In this document: positions 21,481-34,952 of the stretch, piece after piece | Numbering within the stretch: the stretch's first letter is position 1 | Layout: the number at the start of each line of letters is the position of its first letter | Origin: Eremomyces bilateralis CBS 781.70 | Lineage: Eukaryota | DNA length: 64,000 nucleotides | Strand: one strand, 5' to 3' | Assembly (NCBI GenBank): GCA_010015585.1 | Contig: ML975163.1 | Program-made: the position numbers and the translations under genes | Notes under the pieces: model-generated | Told to the model about the DNA's origin: nothing | What the model saw: the letters and a program-made list of their open reading frames with translations, nothing else | Database searches by the model: none

Positions 21481-23382
21481 TTACCACCTTCCCCATCGTT
21501 TCCAGAACTTCCAGCCGTCTCCTTTCTCTCTATGCGTGCGGGATGAATTCCGTGGCTTCACCAAAAAGAAATAAATCGGGACACCGGCCACGACAAACGA
21601 CACGACCAAGATTGTCTGCAGCGGGTCGGCCAACGCGGCTCGACTCAGGAGGAAGAGGCTGACGCAGCAGAAGATGATGGGCGTGGTGATCCAGGTCTTG
21701 TATGGACGCTCCAGGTTCGGATCCTTAAACCGAAGGATAATCAAACCGAGAACGGTCGAGAAATAGAACGTGTACCCCGCCACGCCGTAGAAGGTGAGTA
21801 GCGTCTTGAACTCGCCCGCGATCACATATATGGCAGTCAGCGTCGCGTTGAGCACCATAGCATTGATCGGTGTGTAGAACACCCCCGCATCATCCGCGAT
21901 CAGTCCGAAGAGCTTCTTCGCCACCCTCCTTGCTCTCGACGTCGGCGCCGTGCGCGCCGCTTGCAGCCGTAGCTGATCTCGACTGCCGACTCCGATCTTC
22001 CCGAAGATCGAGGGCATGTAGCCCTCCTTGCCGGCCGCATACACCAGACGGCCGGAGGTGAAGGTGGTGGCGTTGAGGGCCCCGAAACAGCTGCCGGCGA
22101 CGAAGAGCGCCAGAACCAGGGCGCCGACGGGGCCGAATACTTCGGAGCCGAAGGCTACGGCGACGGTGTTGGAGGATTCGATGATGTGGATGGGGAGGAC
22201 GAGGTAGTATGCGACGTTGGCGAGGAGGTAGGAACAGATGACGATGGGGAGAGAGGTGTGGATGACTCGAGGGAGATCGCGTGTGGGGTTGATGAACTCT
22301 CCTGTCACGTAGTTGACCTGTTTGCTGTCAGCGTTTCCATAAGGACGAAATATGGTGAAACACACATTATCCCAACCGTCAAAAGCCCAAAGTCCCGCAT
22401 ATAGCGCCACCGCCCAATTCGAGATATCGGAACTCGTGCCCTCAAACCACCCACGAGCTTTCCAGTCCTCGCTCGCATGCCCTTTGTAGGAAAACCCAGT
22501 AATCGCCACCACAATGCCCGTCACCGTAACTCCAAGCAATGCAATGAACTTCAGAAACATGAACAGATCCGCCGACCGCGTGCCCAGCTTGGTCGATATG
22601 CAATTCAATAACGTCACAACGATCAATCCCCCCAACGCTACCCCCTTGTTCACCCATGTGCTCACCTCCAAGGCATCCGCGCCCACAATCGCGCGAACCA
22701 CATACTCCCCGAAAATGATGGCGATGATCGCAGCGGAGCCGGGCTTGAGGACGCAGACCGCGCACCAGGTAAAGAGAAACCCCGCCCACTCCCCGAATAT
22801 CTTCGACAAATACACCTGCGCGCCTCCATTCAGCGGAATCGCGCCTCCCAGCTCCGCGTACGACGCCGCGCCCGTCCACGCAAGGACGCCCGCAACCATC
22901 CACACGATCAGCGATGCGCCCGGGCTCCCGGCATTCGAATTGACCTGGCTCGGGCTCGAGAAGATGCCAGACCCAATAATCAACCCGACCACGAGGCTCA
23001 ACCCGTTCAGGTACGTCAAGGTCTTATGTTTCTCCAGACTCCCGCCGTTGAGCGCCCCGGTGACGTCGAACCCCGTCCCCGCCGGGGCGCCGAGCGCCGT
23101 GTATCCGGCAGCCGTCGACGACAGAGGGAAGAGGTTCTGTGCGAAGTCGAAGGTGGAGGAAGCGCTGTAGGAGCGGTCCGGGCGGCCGGACGGGCGGGGG
23201 GAGGAGGGTCCATGGGCGAGAGGGTCGTCGGAGGAGAAGGAAAGGCGCCGGGAGGAGGGGGCGCCGGAGAGGGAGGACTCAATGGATTCGCGGTGGGAGA
23301 GGGTGGAGGAGGCGAGGGAGGCGAGTTCGAGGGAGTCGCGGGCTGGTTGGGATGGAAGTGGTTGGTGGGAATAGGAGGGCAT
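21481..23382 (-). CDS. APC-superfamily L-type (LAT/Mup1-like) amino acid permease; intron 22318-22365
   Basis: Motifs IIGSGIFSSP, SYAELGGAIPLNGGAQVYL, GLWAFDGWDN|VNYVTGE and LERPYKT, with many TM segments. A 48-nt in-frame intron (GTGTGT..GCTGAC..CAG). Likely ATG at 23382. Confidence 0.94.
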   Translation of the reverse strand: MPSYSHQPLPSQPARDSLELASLASSTLSHRESIESSLSGAPSSRRLSFSSDDPLAHGPSSPRPSGRPDRSYSASSTFDFAQNLFPLSSTAAGYTALGAPAGTGFDVTGALNGGSLEKHKTLTYLNGLSLVVGLIIGSGIFSSPSQVNSNAGSPGASLIVWMVAGVLAWTGAASYAELGGAIPLNGGAQVYLSKIFGEWAGFLFTWCAVCVLKPGSAAIIAIIFGEYVVRAIVGADALEVSTWVNKGVALGGLIVVTLLNCISTKLGTRSADLFMFLKFIALLGVTVTGIVVAITGFSYKGHASEDWKARGWFEGTSSDISNWAVALYAGLWAFDGWDNVCFTIFRPYGNADSKQVNYVTGEFINPTRDLPRVIHTSLPIVICSYLLANVAYYLVLPIHIIESSNTVAVAFGSEVFGPVGALVLALFVAGSCFGALNATTFTSGRLVYAAGKEGYMPSIFGKIGVGSRDQLRLQAARTAPTSRARRVAKKLFGLIADDAGVFYTPINAMVLNATLTAIYVIAGEFKTLLTFYGVAGYTFYFSTVLGLIILRFKDPNLERPYKTWITTPIIFCCVSLFLLSRAALADPLQTILVVSFVVAGVPIYFFLVKPRNSSRTHREKGDGWKFWKRWGRW

Positions 23383-23693
23383 GGCTGGGTGGGAGAGCGG
23401 GCGTTGCGTGGCTATCGGATGCTGAGGATACGTGCTGGCATGATGAGGGTTGACGGATAGCTCTCCCAATTCCGAGCGACGGGCCTCCAGGGGGTTCGAT
23501 CTGCTGTGAAATAGTGTCCTGATTTGAAGTTGACCTGCTGTCGAGCGTCGGTTGGATGTTTCGAGGATTACATGTGCAGTGCACAGGCGGATATTAGCTT
23601 GCTGGGAGCTCCTTAAAGGAGATTTGCAGACCAGACAATGAACGCTCTATTGACGCCGATCCTCATCACGACCTCCATGCAACGGTTACGGGT

Positions 23694-25681
23694 ATGAAAA
23701 TAAGCTTGCTGAGACGGCAAGTCTTTGCAAACACTCTACTTCGATGCTTCCCTTCGTCTTTGAATTGCATCATACACCGGAGCGAACTTGCTCGGGCCAA
23801 ACATCGACCATCCCGTCCAACTGGTTCGCAATGGCGACGGTACACCTCTATCCGCGGCGCTGCCGCTGCCCATCAGGAGACTGTTCGCCTGCCAGAAGGC
23901 GCAGAGATAGGTGAAGAGACTATATTTGCTTTATCAACAGCTCCCGGTCCCGCCGCCATCGCAATCGTTCGTATATCCGGACCACTCTGCGAGCACGTAT
24001 GTGTCGACCCTCTCTCAATAGTATCAATCCATTGTCCTGACCTATAACTAGATCTACAACCATCTCTGTCCAGACAAACCACTCCTGAAGCCCCGCCATG
24101 CCACGGTTCGAACCCTCTATTCTCCTCACATCCCTCCCTCCCCCGACACCATCCTCGACACCTCCGCCCTCCTCCTCTACTTCCCCTCCCCCAACACCTT
24201 CACCGGCCAAGACCTCCTAGAACTCCACATCCACGGCGGTCCTGCCACCGTGCGCGCCGTCCTCAGCGCCATCCCAACGTGCTCCGGCCCCCTCTCCCCT
24301 ACCCATCCCACCAACTACCCACGCCGCAAAATCCGTCCCGCCGACCCCGGCGAATTCACCCGCCTCGCTTTCCACGCCGACCGCCTCTCCCTCCCTCAAA
24401 TCGAGTCCCTCTCCGCCACCCTCTCCGCGTCCACCGAGCGCGCCCGGCGCGCGGCGATCCGGGGCTCCGGTGCGTCGCTCACCGCGCAGTACGAGGCGTG
24501 GCGGAAGGATCTGATCGGCGCGATGGGGATGTGCGAGGCGCTGATCGACTTCAGTGAGGACCAGGCGTTTGAGGAAGGGCCGTCGGATCTGGTGGCGCGG
24601 TGTGTGGAGTTGGTGGAGGATTTGAGGGGGAAGGTGACGGCGGTGAAGGAGAATGCGACGCGGGGCGAGCTGATGAGGGAGGGGATTAGTGTGGCGTTGT
24701 TGGGGAAGCCGAATGCGGGGAAGAGTAGTTTGCTCAATCGGATTGTGGGGCGGGAGGCGGCGATTGTGAGTAGTGAGGAGGGGACGACGAGGGATGTGGT
24801 GGAGGTGAGTGTGGATTTGGAGGGGTGGTTGGTTAGGGTCGGAGATATGGCCGGGTTGAGGAAAGGGGAGGCTTCCAATAGTGGAGGCTCGGGGGTTGGG
24901 GTCGTTGAAAGGGAAGGTATCAGAAGAGCAAAGGAACGGGCATTGGCTTCGGATCTCGTCATTGTCATGGCAAGCATCGAGGATGTGGGCGATATTACAG
25001 ATATACCCAAGCTGGTGTTGGATCCTGAAGTGGTCGAAACTACTCGGGAGGCCCTTAACAAGGGGATCGAGGTGGTTGTTGCTGTCAACAAAGTTGACAA
25101 ACTCTGCAAATCCTTCCCGGGAGATAACCTGGAGCAGTACCTCGAGGGTTTCCGGACTGGAATACGTTCTGTCCTCCCCACCGTCAGCTCCGAGCGGATT
25201 CTTTTCATCTCCTGCAAAGGCGAACTGCCATCCGCTACTTCTACCACTCAGGACACCATCCAAGTCCTACTCAGGACCTTGTCGACTGTCTTCACCGAAA
25301 TGACCACACCCCTCGACTCCAATGCCACAGGCGCGTGGAACGACGCTAGGCCGGTGGATAAATCCATTTGGCAAGAATCATTGGGTGCCACGACGAGGCA
25401 GAAGCTACTCCTCGATGAATGCGACCTTCATCTTCAAGATTTTCTAGATAGTGCCGATGGTGAGACGACCGGTGAAGCGGATATCGTCATGGCAGCGGAA
25501 CATCTTCGTTCCGCGGCGGAGTGTTTTGCACGAATCACTGGACGTGGCAGTTCCGGTGATGTTGAGGAGATTTTGGGTGTGGTGTTCGAAAAGTAAGTGG
25601 CCATTTCTTTATCTCCATGTCCTTACTCAACTGGATTTGATTCAAATTGACTGTGAGCAAAGGTTCTGCGTAGGCAAATAA
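23694..25681 (+). CDS. MSS1: Mitochondrial tRNA modification GTPase Mss1/MnmE (GTPBP3); exons 23694-23996, 24052-25592, 25663-25681
   Basis: Motifs TIFALSTAPGPAAIAIVRISG, FTGQDLLELHIHGG, GKPNAGKSSLLN, GTTRD and NKVD, with C-terminal FEK|FCVGK. Introns 23997-24051 and 25593-25662. Confidence 0.96.
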
Positions 25682-28600
25682 CGTTCTCGCAGAAACATAG
25701 ACTGTGGAAATCGGAGAAAAAGATGCGTTTCAATGAATAATACCGACATGTAAGAAATAAACGATGCAAACGCTAGAAATATACTGGGTATGTCTACTCC
25801 CCTCTCATCCCAACCATGTAAATGCAGCAAAATCCCATGCCCGAAACGCCATCCGATGCAAATGCTCTTTTTTTCCCATGCCCGTACCTTTTCCCAATGC
25901 TGACCCAAACCGTCGCTATGCAAATGAACGCTCAAACCGCTAAACTCAGGAATACAGAGCTCGAACATGCCCTACATGCCGCCAAATCTCAAAAAAATGC
26001 AGTCCAGAACTCGGAGAACTGGTCGGAAGAGTTGCGTCGTGCTCATGCTAATGTCCAATCGCCATGAAATCTGCAATGCCGCCGTCCCTGGAGCCGCGCC
26101 AGTTGCCGGAGCGTATCGATCATCAAGAGTGGCGATGTCGACGTCGAAACAGCCCGCTGTGTTCTCCGAACTAGCGGAGGCATAATTGGGGCCTCCACCA
26201 GGGAGGACACATCAAAAAAGAGGAAGGGAAGGGTGTCGAATCCATTCGATGGTGAGGGAGGTGAAGGGTGCCGCCCATGGCCAGGCTCAGTTGTAGCCAC
26301 CGCGACCCATCGTGGAGATTTCGTCGGTCTTCGAAGGTAGAAAAGAGATTCTGCCAAGAACAGCGTCGAGACCGATGTCGAGCGAGAAGCTATCTAGTTG
26401 TAGCCTCCACGTCCCATGGTGAATGTGGTCTATTTCGCGATTGATATGGAGGGAATCAGGAACCAAATGGTGAGCTCGCTGGTCGGTGTCCGCAAAGATA
26501 TTTAGTTGTATCCGCCTCTTCCCATGGTTAAGTTGGCCCGATATGGATAGACTTGGTATGAGATGGAAATATTGAGACTCTTGACTTGTAGTAGGAAAGT
26601 AGGAAAGGACTTCAACTCTTGAAAATGGAAAGAAATGACCTTAAGAACAAGGAGAGCTTGGACTTCACTGATCGATATATGTGAACAGATAATTCGCGGA
26701 TGACTGGCTGTCGATTCAATGGCGCACCCTGGTAGTCAAGGGTCGGATGTTGGATTCTGATAGAGGTCGATGCAGTCAGGTCGGGTGGTTGTAACGCTTG
26801 GATGAACCGTTGAAGGGCGAAGTAAACGATTGGTTGATGGAAGTGGATTAAGGAAGAAGACGGATTGTATAGATTGGATTGATGTCTGCAGAGGGGATGA
26901 GCCGAGAGGGCCTTTCAAGCGCAAATCATGAGGTCTTATAATGCCACCGATGATCGATGCCTCCAACGGACGACATGGATCTGCAAGCCGCAAGGTGAAG
27001 GTCTGAGGGTCAAGGAAGCATTGTTCGGGTGGACTCAAGTGGAGGCACTCACGCAGGGATTGTGAGATGCTTAGCATCAGCCTCCCAGCCAGCCCAAACC
27101 AGCTCGATGCAACCTCGCAGGCACTGATGGAGATCAGAATTCTGAGATGATCGCTGAGCGTCCGGATGACTCCTCATGACCATGAACGATGGCCATGCAG
27201 CTCGTGCCAACGACCCAATGCGATGAGGTATCTTGGTCCGCACGTCCTGCATCTGATTCTGTACATTCACCGATGGCCGAACCATTGGGCAACCCGATTT
27301 AGTTTCCGCATCAACATGAACTGTCCGAGGGCGAAGGGATGTTGGAAAGGTCGAATCACAGCATCGGCCGTTTTGTGGCGCCCGACCAAATACCTTTTTT
27401 GGGAGGGAGGCTATGGCAAGTCATCATTGCTGCACTGCGATCGGTTTCCACTGTCCACGCCCGCCCAGGCCCGGACCACGTCCGAGCTTCGCTAAGGACA
27501 GAAATGAGAAACGTCTGACTTCAGCACGAAGTTCTACGCAATTTCTTCGTGGGGATTCGGCTTCCGATTCGCCGTTGGAGGTACAGTTTCAGGAGCTCAT
27601 AGACATGGTGCCACGAGCCGTCTGTCCGGATCGTGGTACAATTGGCTTGATGGCTCGAGCCGTCTGATGAACCCCTTGATGAAACAAGAGAACGGGTGTG
27701 GATGTGCTAGGGACATAGTGTGGCTATGAGGGGAATAACGTCCAATAGCGTTCGTAAAGAGCCTTCACATCTCTAGTGGACTGGTGATGAACCTTCCTGT
27801 TGATGACTGCCTGGAGTCACGGCACGTACATATTGTTCGCCAAGACACCTCTGTTCGTGATATCCAGTGACCTGCCAGACAGAAAATGCGCCATGCTCAC
27901 TTGCGTGAGGTATGAATGTATCCGACTTGGCGTGCGCGGTGAAGCAGACATAGTCATTCGGCATCTCCTTTGAGGACTGAGGCTTGCATAGAGCGCGCAA
28001 ATTCTTCGTTCTTGGTATCAAGGATTCTGCACCTCAAGAAGGTACCAATTACCATAGCATGAACCATGGCGTTGCGCCGTTGGAAAAACAGGAATAATGC
28101 TTGTGACTTCTGACTTGGTGTCAAGATCGACGCCCCGGGCTGGACCTCCCTCCTATCGATCTTGTTGGTCAAGCCACAACGTTCAGCCCTGAACCGGAAC
28201 ACCACGTTGTCCGCTGTCAGCCCTACCGCTACCCCAGTAGACACCCCCAGTAGGCTGCGACAGAGCACCTGCAAAATGGTGCAGTGATCTCCGATCTCAA
28301 GGCGGGTTTGATACTGTATCAAGCCGCAAGAGCAAATCAGCAAAATTAAATTGACCCTGGAGCCACACAATCAACAACGAACCACACCGCCGGCGCACCC
28401 GCTGCGAGAAGGATCCAACGGAGCCACCATCATAGGATGATTTTGGTGTCATCCACGCCTACAGCCGATGTTGCAATTCCGATTCTGAAGAGTTGTATTG
28501 AAAAATTCCTCCGTGAGGATTGCGTTGCGGCTCATGGACGATCGGTCGTGCGATCGACGATGGTGGCGTACTGCTGTCGCATTTTTCACAACAGATCCGA

Positions 28601-29318
28601 ATGAGAAAGACCCTAGGACGGGCCGGGCAAGGTAGAATAGAAATTTGAATCGTTCTATTCTCGCCAACATCCTTCCGATCCAATGGGACACGGATGTTGG
28701 TGTAGATTCAAAAAGGTAGAAACCCTCTGGCCGCAGCATATTCGTGATACTCCAACGTATCGATCCCACAAAGCCCCCACCGAATTAAGGCTCTCCTATT
28801 GAGGAAGTTCAGTCCCGTTCCCTGATTGGTTCTAAAGGATCAACTAGGCTCGGTTTCAGCCCTGGAGTCTAAAGTTGTTCATCCCAGGCCCGGATTTGGA
28901 TGCACCACTCATATCTTTATGCGACATTTGTACGACTTAATTGGTTAAATACAAAGAAATGGCCACATCGTAAGCCGCCTTTCGATGATTAGAATCGCCG
29001 GCAGTCATTGATATGAGCCCCAACTCTTCCGTGCTGTGGCGCAAAGCCGAGCACGACCAGGTCGACCAGATCGACCAGAAATAGAACGAAAGCGATATCA
29101 AAGCGGAATATATGACCATTAATAAATAAAAATTGAACACGATTACGATCCTTTCGATGGCATATGCAGCAACGGTTGCTTCATTCGAGAAGTCAACTCG
29201 ATAGTGGCAGACGAACTGGTCGACACAGAAATGCGAGCCCATGTCTGGTGTCTAGATACGGTACATTGCGTGTCGCTAATTCATGCAAGAATATATTGTA
29301 TAAGCCCAAAGTAGTGGG

Positions 29319-29420
29319 CAATGTCTCCGATCTGGATATGGTGACCCAATTGATACTTCCAGGGTACAGCAATGTCTCCGATCCGGGTATGATAGCCCAA
29401 TTGAGACATGCAGTGTCAGC
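29319..29420. repeat. Imperfect 51-bp tandem duplication
   Basis: CAATGTCTCCGATC begins at 29319 and again at 29370, and CCCAATTGA recurs at the same 51-bp period. Confidence 0.8.
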
Positions 29421-30581
29421 ATTCAGCAACCACGTATTACTCCATCGTTCGATGTGGCTTGCCAGTCCCCAAGACCGCTTCGACATCTCTAGTCCTGACA
29501 TAATCAAGAGAACATGATATACGTCAGACTCTTGACCTCTGGTCGTTCCCCGAATATTTCACGAAGGATCTTGCGCGACGATAACATGGTCCTGAAATTG
29601 ATGTCACGTTGTTCTGGTTGGAATGCCGGGACATTTCCCGGAGCCCAAAGTCTAGACCATCGGGGCATTCCCCAAAAATAGCAGCACCGGGAGCCCCTGT
29701 TTAGACTTTTTGAGCCGCCTATTAGCGCCGTCTGTCTCGGCGAATAGCAGCCATCGGGTTCGAATTTCGATATAGCGAGTCAGCGACATCACTAATTACC
29801 CTGCCCATCCGGGCCATCCAGCAGCCCATCCGTCGCCTATCTAGTTCTATTTCCAGCCACTCAGAACTTTGATGGTAACGTCAGAATTCCGCACGCCTGC
29901 CGAGTCTCCCAGCCTGGAAGAGCGGGGCCGGGGGGGAACCAGGCGGCTGGGAGAGTGCTACAGTAAGCCTCATCGTCGGCTTAGTAACGAGGAAGAAGTC
30001 GATGACAATGTGCTACTTAGAAATCACTGTCCATGCTGTGAAGGGATGCTTACTGTTCGGCACACATTCACATCCCACTGCAACTGTGGCTTGGAGAAGA
30101 GCAGAAAAGACGTCATAGGGAAGTAAACCAGGCAGGGCCCTTCGCGAAGATCACGCCCATTCAAGCCCGTCAGCACAGTAATCTTGCAGCAATAGACATC
30201 TATATTCACAACCGTTGTCTATTGTGATTTCATCAAGGAGAATTTTCCTTCCAATCCTGCGCATGCGACATCCAATATGGCTGTGCAATGCAATCCTTCG
30301 TCGCCGTGCCGACGGTGATACGGACTCGTCTGACAAATGGTTCATGCCCATGACATTTCGTAACCGTGTCGCGCACCGGACTCCGTGACTTCAACTGTCT
30401 GTGGCAGTGACATTCCAGGCCTGAACTCTCTGAACATTGCCTGCTCAGAAGACCATTTTTGATTCGTGAATAGACCGTTCGATTCGGGCGCTTAATGATT
30501 GGGTCTGCAGGTCTCTTTGGGCACTCCAGCAACCCATGACCATCCCGACTTTCAGGCACCGATATACGCCGATCGACATGC

Positions 30582-32047
30582 TCAGATGCTGTACGAACTG
30601 ATATAATACTGATCGGGAGTTGAGCCATGTTCGAGTCGCCGCAGTCGATCAAGGATAGCACTCACCGTCAACACCGAATCCTCCCGACCCTCATCATCCG
30701 GCATATAGACGTAAAGAATCAGCGCCGACTCGTGACAGAAGCCTACCCGCATTAGCACGCATGTCCACCCTATCATCCACGCCACCTACAAGCAATCACC
30801 CTCCCCCCAAGCCTCCCCACACTCATCACCTTCCCCCAATCCCGCCCATCAATCCTCACCGTCGCCCACCCCTCCTCCCTCCTCCCCAACGGATCCCCTA
30901 ATCCCCTCATCCGCGTACTCGGATGGCCCTCCACCCCGCCCTCCCCGCCCTCCACCTCCCCCGGATCCAGCTCCGGATTCACCAACCCTGTCCACACGCT
31001 CTTGATATCGATCGCGTCCGCCGCCACCCGCAGCCGCAGGCACCCATGCATGTTCGCCGCGAGCTCCAGCCGCGGCCCGGGACCCGTGAACGCTGGTCCC
31101 GTCCCCGCCGTCGAAGGGAGCAGCGTCCCGCCGGCGCCGCTGGTCGTGGTGGCACGCGTGCTCAGCGCGAGCTTGGTGAAGCGGTCGCTGGCGGCTTTGA
31201 GCTGCGCCAGGGGAGGGAGCAGGATGTGCACGTCGGGATCGCGGCAGCGCGGCTCGTGAAGGCCTTCGACGGTGGCTTGGCTGAGGATGCGGATGGGGAC
31301 GTCTTGGGTAATGACGGTTTCGCGGTCGGAGGTGCCCCATTGTAGGGGGACGGGGACGCCACCGAAGTCGTCGGTATCGCCGACAGGGGCATTGCCCGCG
31401 AGGGATGCTGAAGGACCCTGATTGTTGTGTGGGATGGGCGGGGGTACGGGGTTTGGTTGTCCGGGCTGGGTTTGTAGGTGGTCCGCAGTATCGGTGAAGG
31501 AGTGGAGGGGCCCGGGGGTGAAGTTGGCTGCGGTGACAGTGGTGCGATGGATGGTAATGGAGAGGATCGGACGGCCGTCTTTCTTCGTGAGACGAATGGA
31601 GGCCGAATGGGCCTGGAGAGCGGACTTCAGGGCGCGCTGTAACGATCCAAGGGGAACTTCGAGGTTGATGGTGTTATCCGCATTGGACTGGATGGAGTAC
31701 TCATGGCCGAAGATGGTGTCCTGTTGTCGGAGATCAGACGGCATATAGAAGGGGTGGGATATCGGAATGACGTACAATTGCGAGAACCCTGGCTTGATGG
31801 TAAGTAACAGGCCATAATACGGTATCGGTCATGGTGGAACTTACGCCCAAACCTGCGTGCCCTGCTCTGGCATCACCGTGAATCGAGCATGCTCCTCATC
31901 GAGGCGGACCCAGGCGATGGGTCCTATCGAGGCCAACGATGCGACGAACTCTGTTCACGCCATGTTTTAGATACGATTTGCGTGGTGATGGTCAAACTGC
32001 TTACTATTGAAAGTCGTGATATTCTGGATTTGCGCTTTGAAGCGCAT
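30582..32047 (-). CDS. HUS1: 9-1-1 checkpoint clamp subunit Hus1; exons 32047-32005, 31950-31845, 31788-31776, 31720-30790, 30742-30666, 30608-30582
   Basis: Reads MRFKAQIQNITTFNKFVASLASIGPIAWVRL..PEQGTQVWA|VLAI|DTIF..SNADNTINLEV..IRLTKK..ITQDVPIR..PDVHILLP..VLT|YYISSYSI. Five canonical introns. Confidence 0.93.
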
Positions 32048-32281
32048 TTTCGATCAATATGACGGCATGGACATGGTATTAAATGTCTTCAGGCGTTCAT
32101 GTTTCAATACTGGAAATCATGGGCTCGTAGGCTTACTGCTAAGGCATTCCTAGTCGCGCACAGCAGCATGCAGCCCTATCCATATAGCGCCGAGCGTTAT
32201 CAGATCAAAAAACAATATCAGTGCCACTCCATTCTAATGGCATACGCCAGGAATACATTGGTGTAATTACAAACTCCGGTT

Positions 32282-32315
32282 TCGCGTGCGAAACGCGTCG
32301 ACTTAATTAACGCGG
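32282..32315. promoter_or_regulatory. Cluster of MCB-like CGCG elements upstream of HUS1
   Basis: TCGCGT at 32282-32287, ACGCGT at 32293-32298 and ACGCGG at 32310-32315, about 240 bp upstream of the HUS1 ATG. Confidence 0.45.
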
Positions 32316-32936
32316 TATGATTCGGGTGATCGACTCATAACCTCCCCACGTCTGGGGCCACCATGCCGACAACACTCGCACCATCTTTCTCAATACAGCC
32401 CTGCTGCTATGATGGACAGTTTATTCTCTCCAACTTCAACTCCCTAACCATTTCTAGTATAGGAAATGACTATCTATGATACGGATGCTTCTACTCCATT
32501 TCGAGGGCATCTGGAGAACCTCCTGATTCATCGGAATCGCATCCATTCCAGAGGACAAAAACAGCTTAATTCCGCTTGGTGGATCCCGGACTAACTACCG
32601 ACGATAAGTCCAGCGCCGCTCTTATTTCATAAGCTAAGGAGCCCGAAGGGAATTATGTAGATCGTTAATAATTACTATCTCCTGATTCCGATGCGGATTC
32701 CGCTCCAATTAGTAATAGGGATTTTTTCACTTCGATCTAGGTCTTGTTACTTTTATACCATCGGAATTCGCAATATGTCGCAATAATACGGTTAATTCTA
32801 CTTCCGAATTACTTCATTTAAGGGGCCAGCGTTGGTTTTTACCTGTCGTCTGAAATTTTCGTCAGTCTTCATCATTTTCTTCATTCAGGGATCAGAGTCG
32901 CATACCCCTACCGTGGCATAGATATCTGGAGGTTAG

Positions 32937-34904
32937 ATGGCAGAAGACAGGGTCGAGACAGCTGCCGATGGCTCCCCAAAGACAAACCATGGTGGGAGAC
33001 CCGTATGTTTCAAGACTACGTTTCATGAAGTCATGTTCGTAGTGATTGCGACCATGGCCATCGCCATGAGTTCAATGGTATGGACCCCTTCCTGTCCGAA
33101 TACTTCCAACTCCTAATAACCGTCTGTAGTTGACTGGATCGGTCACCGTCGTCTCCGCGGAGGTTGGGAAGTCGTTGGCCATGAAGGATGCGGAGATCAC
33201 CTGGCTTGCAGCTGGACCAAAGTGCGTACATCAACTAGGAGCTTTGCGAGAGAGCCAGAACTGAATGGATATTGCAGCTTAACGTCTGGGTCATTTCTAC
33301 TCTTCTTCGGTCGAGTGGCAGACTTGTTCGGTCGTAAGTCGATGATTATCGGGAGCTTTGCACTGTTCACGGTCTTCGCTATAGCGGCTGGTTTTGCTCG
33401 TACTCCATTAGCATTAGATACCCTATGTGGAGTAATGGGCTTTGTGGGAGCTGTGTCGATCCCACCGGCACAGGGGATGCTCGCCCTGGCCTACGGAAAG
33501 CCATCCAAACGAAAGAACCTCGCATTCGCCTGCTTCAGCGCCGGAAACCCTCTTGGATTTGTATTGTCCATGATCTTTTCCGGGATCGCGGCGCAAATAT
33601 TCAACTGGAGGGCTTCGTTCTTTCTCCTTGCGATCATCTATGCGCTCCTGACCGTGGCCTGCTTCTTCGTCACGCCAAATGACGACACTCCGAAGGCTCC
33701 CCTGTCGTGGGAGACATTTAAACGCATGGATATTGTTGGATCGCTTCTGACTGTCTCTGGAATTGCCTTGTTCACAAGCGCCTTGAGGTTTGTTACCGGG
33801 AGCTGCCGAGATGACCATTGGCTGACAACGCGAACAGTATAGCAGGTGACGCTCCTCAGGGGTGGACCACACCATATGTGCTCGCTCTTCTGATAGTCGG
33901 TGCTGTACTGATGGGTGTGTTTGTTATATGGGAGCTCTACTACCCATATCCGCTGGTTCCCATGGACATCTGGAAGGACCGCGATTTTAGTCTCGTAAGT
34001 ACCCCTTTTCAAAGAAAGATCATAATGGCTGACTGTGTAGGTTATCACGATCCTACTTCTCGGTTTCCTCGCCTTCCCCACCACCCAATTCTGGCTGTCG
34101 TTGTTCATGCAGCGTGTCTGGGAATCCTCGCCCCTTGACGTAGCTGTGCATTTGCTGCCCATGGCTATTGCTGGTATCCTAGTCAACGTGAGTATTGAGT
34201 GTATGTCTCACTTTTCAAGTCACCACTGACGTATGCAAAGGTTTTCGCGGGGATGGTCTTGCACAAGATTTCGAATAAGGTCTTGATGGGATACGGGGCA
34301 TTGTCATACGTTGCAGCGTTCCTCCTATACTCGTTTTACAAACAGGGCCAGTCGTACTGGGCGTTCATGTTTCCAGGACAGGTGCTTGCGGTCATTGGCG
34401 CAGATCTCGAGTTCAATGTGGCAAATGTGAGTTCCGCTATACCTTCACCTTCGATATGTATCACTTATCTATTTCCAGATGTACGTCATGTCCTCCCTCG
34501 CACCCTCTCAACAGTCGGTCGCTGGTGGCATTTTCCAAACCGTCACAAAGCTTGCTGTTGCAGTCGGTATGGGAGTCTCCACCGCAGCCTACAATGCACA
34601 GCAGCAACATCCGTCAGAGTCAGGATACTACGCCAACAATCCCTTTGAACCATATGCAGCTGCGTTTTGGTACTGCACAGCATGTGCGGCGCTGAGTCTC
34701 ATTTTCGTTCCGTTCCTCCGGATCGGCACCCAAGGCAATGCAGAAAAATCATTGGACGCTTCCACGGTTAACGACGAGTTCAAACGGGACAATGTCGCGA
34801 CACCAGGCAATCAAGAGGATATTGAAGTGACAACTCCAATTGACACAGAAAAGCCGATTATCGAAAAACAAGATTTAGCCTCTTTGAATGAAAAATGCCT
34901 CTAG
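32937..34904 (+). CDS. MFS drug:H+ antiporter-type transporter (Atr1/aminotriazole-resistance-like); exons 32937-33077, 33130-33221, 33278-33787, 33838-33994, 34041-34187, 34241-34426, 34479-34904
   Basis: Motifs RPVCF..EVMFV, LTSGSFLLFFGRVADLFGRK (motif A), FSAGNPLGF, NWRASF, ADLEFNVAN|MYVMSS and QQSVAGGIFQT. Six canonical 46-56 nt introns. Confidence 0.93.
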
Positions 34905-34952
34905 GATTGTTCTGATGCAGCTACTATAAACTCCCTCGTTCCAGCAAGGCAA

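Noticed and set aside
24217..25263. Long antisense ORFs (348 aa and 283 aa) over MSS1, and similar ones over FDH, formin, the permease and SF3B2
   Set aside because: They are shadow ORFs expected from GC-rich codon usage on the opposite strand and have no recognisable motifs.
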